Translations under genes and position numbers: made by a program
Assembly (NCBI RefSeq): GCF_009914755.1
Contig: NC_060942.1
Direction: 5' to 3' (one strand)
DNA from: the human T2T-CHM13v2.0 reference genome, Homo sapiens
DNA: 64,000 nucleotides
The notes under the pieces: model-generated
Database searches by the model: none
What the model was told of the DNA's origin: nothing
Seen by the model: the letters and a program-made list of their open reading frames with translations, nothing else
Shown here: piece after piece, positions 57,626 through 64,000 of the stretch
Layout: every line of letters begins with the position of its first letter
How positions within the stretch are numbered: position 1 is the stretch's first letter

Positions 57626-59751
57626 GATGAACATCTTAACGAGTGCCCGCCAAGGGGTTTCGAAGTTTTCAGCAGGCAGGTCTCAGCAGCCAGGGATCAG
57701 GCTCCCAATTTACTTCTCTGCCTGAGATTGGCTCAGCTTGATGGAACTGAACCTGTGGGCACAGGGTGTAAGTGACTTCACCTGGGAGAGGCTGGCTAGG
57801 CCTGAGGATGGTATTTGGTTTTATCTTAGTAACTACTGAGAATAGTATAGACCAAGTTATGTTTCTCTATGAAGATTTCCATTTAAACAAAATAAGTGAG
57901 TTGTCTTGATTTAGTGTTTTGGCTATTTACTGTTTCAACACATTAACTTTTAACTGAATGTCTGCCAAGTTTATGTGTGATGGCTTCATCTACTTGAGAG
58001 ATTTGTAAAATTAAGAGAATATTTGAAACTTAGATGCTATTTGACGATATTTCAAAATTTCTCTGAAGATTTGGTACCAGTTCCAGTGCTTTCCAACATG
58101 AGGTTTATTAAAAAAAACTTTAAATTTTGCCATGTGGTGTTTATTTGAGCTTTTTAATGTAGAGACAGTTGGACTAGAGTTCATGAAATATTCCAAGTTC
58201 ATTTTGTGATTGGTTGCCCCTTTATGGAATTTTAGCAATATAAGCAGGAGAAGCCAGTTAAGTTTGAAGGAGACTTGCCAAGGTCATTTCCAAGTTTATG
58301 TGCTCTGGGGTTGGGAATTGAGACTGGATATTTTATTGAGGAAATGCCTTTTCTCTATGACTGCATGGCTATTGTTCTGTATATTAGGAGGGCTTATGTG
58401 TTCTGATAATGTTTTAATAACAAATGATTCTGAATATTTCTAAAAGATTGTTTTTCCAAATAAACCTTAAAAATTATTTACTAACTTGTTACTTTGCCAG
58501 CTTTTCAATTTTCTGTCATTAAAGAAATAAATGCAGACAACAGTAGCAAATTGCAGCAGCATAAAACCCCTTTGTAATACTACTTTCTACAAAGTTGAAT
58601 GGAGAATAAAATAGAATGGGATATACTAGATAGAGCAAGTAAATAGTAAGTATATTGAACATATTGAAACTTGCTTGGAAAATTAAAGAGTGATTCTCAA
58701 ATGATAGTATTTTAGTCTGCAAATTTTCTGAATAGTAAAAATCAAAACAAAACTACAACACTAAAAGCATTCACAGCTAACATATAACTCAGAAACAGTT
58801 CCACAGATTTTTTTAAGCCTTTTTTGGTGACACCCCACCAAAGGAATAAGGTCCCCATTCTTCCTGTTCTAGAATTTTCTCAGAGTAGAGGAGAGTGGCA
58901 GATCTTTTCTTCCTGCTGATCCCTCATGACCTCGGAATCACTAATACGAAGAGGGTGGAGGATTCTAGGGGACTTCCTCAGACAAACTGACATAATGAGA
59001 GCAGTTTAAGTTATAATCAGGGTATCACTTAAAAATGTAAATAGCATGCAGAAAGCTCCCTCCATCATTTTATATATTTTGTGAGAATGTCTCCTTTAAT
59101 TTCGAGGCCAAAAATGCTAATTTTAACACAAGTCATCAATGCTTTTATTTGGACTGGCAATAGGATATTGTTCTGACCAGTAGAAGAAGGCAAAGACAGT
59201 GTGGGGGTCGTCAGTTTTCAGTAAGCAGCCTTTCACTTGTTCTCTCTAGTTTTATCAAAATTCTTCAGCCATGGTGGAAGGTCAACCACATGTTCCCAAC
59301 TCCAGAATCTTTGGGGATTCTGGGTTAATGGGAAAGAAGTAGTTTCCCACACAGTGGTGTTTATGGTGGAGAAGGGTTGAGGGGATCTGGGAGTTCGGTG
59401 TTCCTTTTAACACCTAGAACTGCTTGTGTTTTCAGCAACTCCAATCCTCAGTTTTTCTATGGCTCAGGGGGGCTAATTGGCTTACTTCTTGTTTATTTCC
59501 CCTTCTACAGGTGCCTAGTTTTTAACTTTCTCCTCTCTGCAAAGTCATTTGATACTTATCCTTGTTTTCAAGCCTCCAACATATTACTGACATCTCTTGG
59601 GCTACTGTCAGCTCCCTTCTTGGTTCATGATTGCTATGACTGCATTTCTGTTATTTTAAAAAAATCCTTTATTATCATTTTAATGGAGTATTGGAGGGAG
59701 CTGAAAGAAATGTGTTCAATCTCTTATGTTTAACTAGAAATCTCTAAAGCA

Positions 59752-60056
59752 TTTTCTTTAAGAGACGGGGTCTCACTCTGTCACCCAGGCTGGAGTGCAG
59801 TGGTATGATCATAACCGCCAGCCTCAAACTCCTGGGCTCAAGTGATTTTTCCACCTCAGCCTCCCAAGTAGCTGGGACTATAGATGTATGCCACCGCTTC
59901 TGGCTACTTTTAGTATGTATGTATGTATGTATGTATTTTGCAGAGACAAGGTCTTGCTATGTTGCCCAGGCTGGTCTCAAACTCCTGGGTTCAAGCAATT
60001 CTCTCACCTTGGCCTCCCAAAGGGCTGGGATTATAGGTGTAAGTCACGGAGCCTGG
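59752..60056 (-). mobile_element. AluJ with (GTAT)n in the middle linker
   Basis: Antisense Alu; TSD tctctaaagcatttt at 59741 and 60057. Confidence 0.94.
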
Positions 60057-60589
60057 TCTCTAAAGCATTTTTTTTAAATTTCAAGGTGACATGATGGTCA
60101 TTCTCTTTCTCTTTTCACATCAGATTGCTGCAAGGGAGCTGGTTTGTACAGGAATGTGTTTTTCATCGATGTAGGATGCAATTGCTTGGGTATGTCCAGC
60201 AGAAAGTTGGAGTAGGGTATTTAAATGATGTTCTGAGAACCCTCTTGGGAAAGATGTCATCCAAAGGGCATAACAAGCTGAGCAAAGTTGGCCCAGAAAC
60301 AAAGACTTAGATGTCGGAGGAAAGGGGGCTTCTGAATAGAGCAAGAATCTATCTTTTAAATTTATTTTCTGGCCCAGCCATTTATAGACTGTTATGTGAT
60401 TCTTATTGGGAGAATAATAACTAGAAGCTTAAATGGAAAGCATTAAACTCTGAGAAATATTTGGATACCAGGAGTACTCCTTTAGAGCCCCCATTAACCC
60501 AGTTCAGTAAGGAGACCAACATACACCCTCAACTTGGCCACTAGATTAGTGACATGTGCTTAGTGGTCTGGAATTCTGGGCTGTAAATT

Positions 60590-60680
60590 TTGGGGAAACA
60601 GACCATGTATCCCTTGTTTCCTGTTGTGTCCCCAGAATCTAACACAGTGCCAGAGAATCAATAAATATTGGTTGAGTGAC
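60590..60680 (+). mobile_element. L2 3' end fragment
   Basis: cagaccatgtatccc...tgtgtccccagaatctaacacagtgcc...caataaatattggttgagtga. Confidence 0.7.
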
Positions 60681-61112
60681 TGCTGGAACTGGTAGCCCAC
60701 AAGTTCTTGTCATCATAAGAAGTAGACTTCATGGCAGAAGCAGGAGAAGCACCCAGAAGTGCTGACTAGGAAGGGAATCAGCTGGGCCACTGGAGGTGGA
60801 AGGGATGTGCTTTTGCACAGCTTCCTATCAAGCGTTTGCAGGAAACCTCATGGAGTATGGTCAGAGAAAGAGAGAAAGGAACTGAGAAACCATCAATCGC
60901 AGTGGGCAGATCTTGTTTGCAAAAGGCCTCCTGGGATCTCCTAGAAATAGTCAAGTGATATTTATCATGAAGTTTCAGTTTATGCAAAAGCAGGAGGGAA
61001 TTGGAGCCATTGAAATACAGGTTATTAACTTGAATGTAACATAAACCACCACTGATGTAGCTGGGAAAGACATGAGTTGCCCAGTAGTTTGAATTATAAT
61101 CAGGATCCAGGT

Positions 61113-61605
61113 TGTGGTAGCTAGACTTCAAGATGGCTCTGATAATCCTTGCCTCCTGGTATTCATGCCCTTGGGTAGCCTTACAACCCAATTTGAATGG
61201 GGCTAACTTGTGTAACCACTAGGATATTGCGGAATCAGGGTCTGTGACTTCTAAGTCTAGGTCACACAAGGGAATGTGGCTTCTACTTTGCTCCCTCTTT
61301 TGGGTCAATTGCTATAGGAGAAGGCAGCTGCCATGTTGTGAAGCAAGCAGCCCTACAGAGAGGCTCCCTTAGCAAAGACCTGAGACCACCTGCCAACAGC
61401 CAGAGAGGAACTGAGGCCTCCTGCTAACGGAGGACCCAGTTGACATCCTGACTGCATCCTCATACGAGACGGTGAGCCAGAATCACCCAGCTAGGCCACT
61501 CCCAAATTCCTGACCCACAAAAACAATGAGAGAACACATGTTTATTGCTTTAAGTGCCTAAGTTTTAGATCAATTTTTAATACAGGCAGAGGTAAATAAT
61601 ATACA
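61113..61605 (+). mobile_element. MLT1F-like MaLR LTR
   Basis: tgtggtagctagacttcaagatggc; cctcctggtattcatgcccttg; ccaaattcctgacccaca; tgctttaagtgcctaagtttt. Confidence 0.85.
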
Positions 61606-62827
61606 GGGAAATATGTATCTATGAAGGTGACCAGGTCCCATGTGATGTAAATTCAACAGATAATGCAAGATTTTAATATTGGCTAAAAATAGCAATGATG
61701 AGAATCTATAAAATATAGACTCTGTGCCTTTACTATATATAGCAGAGATTCTTGACTCTGCTTTTGGGACACCCCAGTGTATCTCAAAGGCTGAATTTTA
61801 ATTTGCTCAGATATGTGAAATAAATGACTGCCTTGTGATTTTGGATGCGGCAGCTGCAAAGAAAACCATGAGTAAAGCAAATAACTTCACAACATGGCAA
61901 ATATTAGCATTCTTTACTAGTGCAGTATGAATATACAGGACACCAAGATGTTGTCCTTTTGTAAACAATTACCAAGGTGTATGTGTGTGTGTTCAATACA
62001 CATCTACTCATCTACACGATATATTTAAAAAATTGTTATGGTTTTATACAGCTCACAAAGCACCGTCACTCATTTGATTCTTAAAAATCTTTCCCATCAA
62101 TCTGTGAATTAACCTAGGGAGAGCATTATTATCACCCATATATAAATAGCAGAAAACAGGCTCTGCCAGCAGCCTCAGCAATCCCACCTGGGGGGCTTAG
62201 ATTTTGGACAACCCTCATTAATGGGACTTAGTCTGATCATACAGTCTGATCATAACTGTTAGAGGCTGCCCTGACCCCATATCTCTCTTGTGTCCAATTA
62301 GACATTGTACACAGGGTCTTGGGTACTATCTACTCCTTATATACTCTCTTTGCACTTCATTGACAGCCTGTTGACATTCCTTTTCATCTCATCATGTTCA
62401 CTCTATCCTTCCTCCTGAAGTTTAATCTGTTTCCCTCCCCAGGACCATAGCCTCCCTCATTTCCCCTTTCCCTTACCTTCATATATACCTTCTCAATCTC
62501 CAAGACACTTAATTTCTCTCTGTCCAGTGGTTTTCTTCTCCATAACCTTAAACATAGAGGCTCTTTGTTGGACCACCTCTGAAATCTGTTCATTTGCACT
62601 CTCGTTGAGCATCCACCCTCTTTATGCTATCCTGTGAAGGACTGAGTGGGCTGACATAACACAATGACAATTCTCATTGTCAAGGAAAGAACACCCTGGA
62701 GGGAGAAAAGATGTGTAATAACTAAGGCTGGGTGTAATAAGTGATAAATGTGATGGGGTGGTCCAGGCAAGATGGTGAAGGAGGATTTGAGCATTTCCAG
62801 ATGAGGAGATTAAGAAATGTCCCATGG

Positions 62828-63800
<973 letters not shown>

Positions 63801-63899
63801 CTTGGCAAGAGCCAGGATTCTTCCTACATTTGCTTTTGCACTTAGGCTGAGGCTGAGAAGTACAAGTCAGGTTAAATTCTTGTAATAATGGCTAAAACA

Positions 63900-64000
63900 G
63901 CAACAAACACTCGTTAAGCAACTGCTATGCGTCGGACACAGTTCTAAGCACCATCAGTGCACCATCTCACGGAATCCCTCACAATGGCCCCGGAGGTGGG
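63900..64000 (-). mobile_element. MIR (cut by window edge)
   Basis: ttaagcaactgctatgcgtcggacacagttctaagca...aatccctcacaatggccc. Confidence 0.65.

Noticed and set aside
61683-61692. Perfect MEF2 motif ctaaaaatag
   Set aside because: It is an isolated AT-rich 10-mer near chance expectation, with no supporting cluster.

Overview
This is primate (very probably human) repeat-rich, AT-rich, CpG-poor non-coding DNA, either intergenic or deep intronic. I found no intact protein-coding gene, rRNA, tRNA or CRISPR array, and no CpG island. The only gene-derived sequence I recognise is a disabled RPL21 processed pseudogene (38912-39506) inserted into a MER5 DNA transposon. The rest is about 24 Alus, two large composite L1 blocks (16130-23920 minus, 40600-49240 plus), L2/MIR relics, MaLR LTRs (MSTA, THE1, MLT1), DNA-transposon MITEs (MER2, MER20, MER5, MER33, MER58A, Tigger4, piggyBac MER75A), microsatellites and a ~740-bp palindromic AT-rich tract. 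Nearly all supplied ORFs are repeat-derived or chance ORFs. I do not see evidence of a novel biological system. The best leads are: a chain of exon-shaped segments on the minus strand (62.5, 50.7, 29.5 and 14.05 kb) that could be a lncRNA or 5'UTR; a near-perfect p53 response element in an MLT1 LTR beside a PBX-MEIS/ETS/AP-1 motif cluster; an unexplained 16-bp perfect inverted repeat at 56.3 kb; and a local inverted duplication at 3.1/4.2 kb. Repeat subfamily names come from my recall of consensus sequences, and boundaries of old repeats are approximate.
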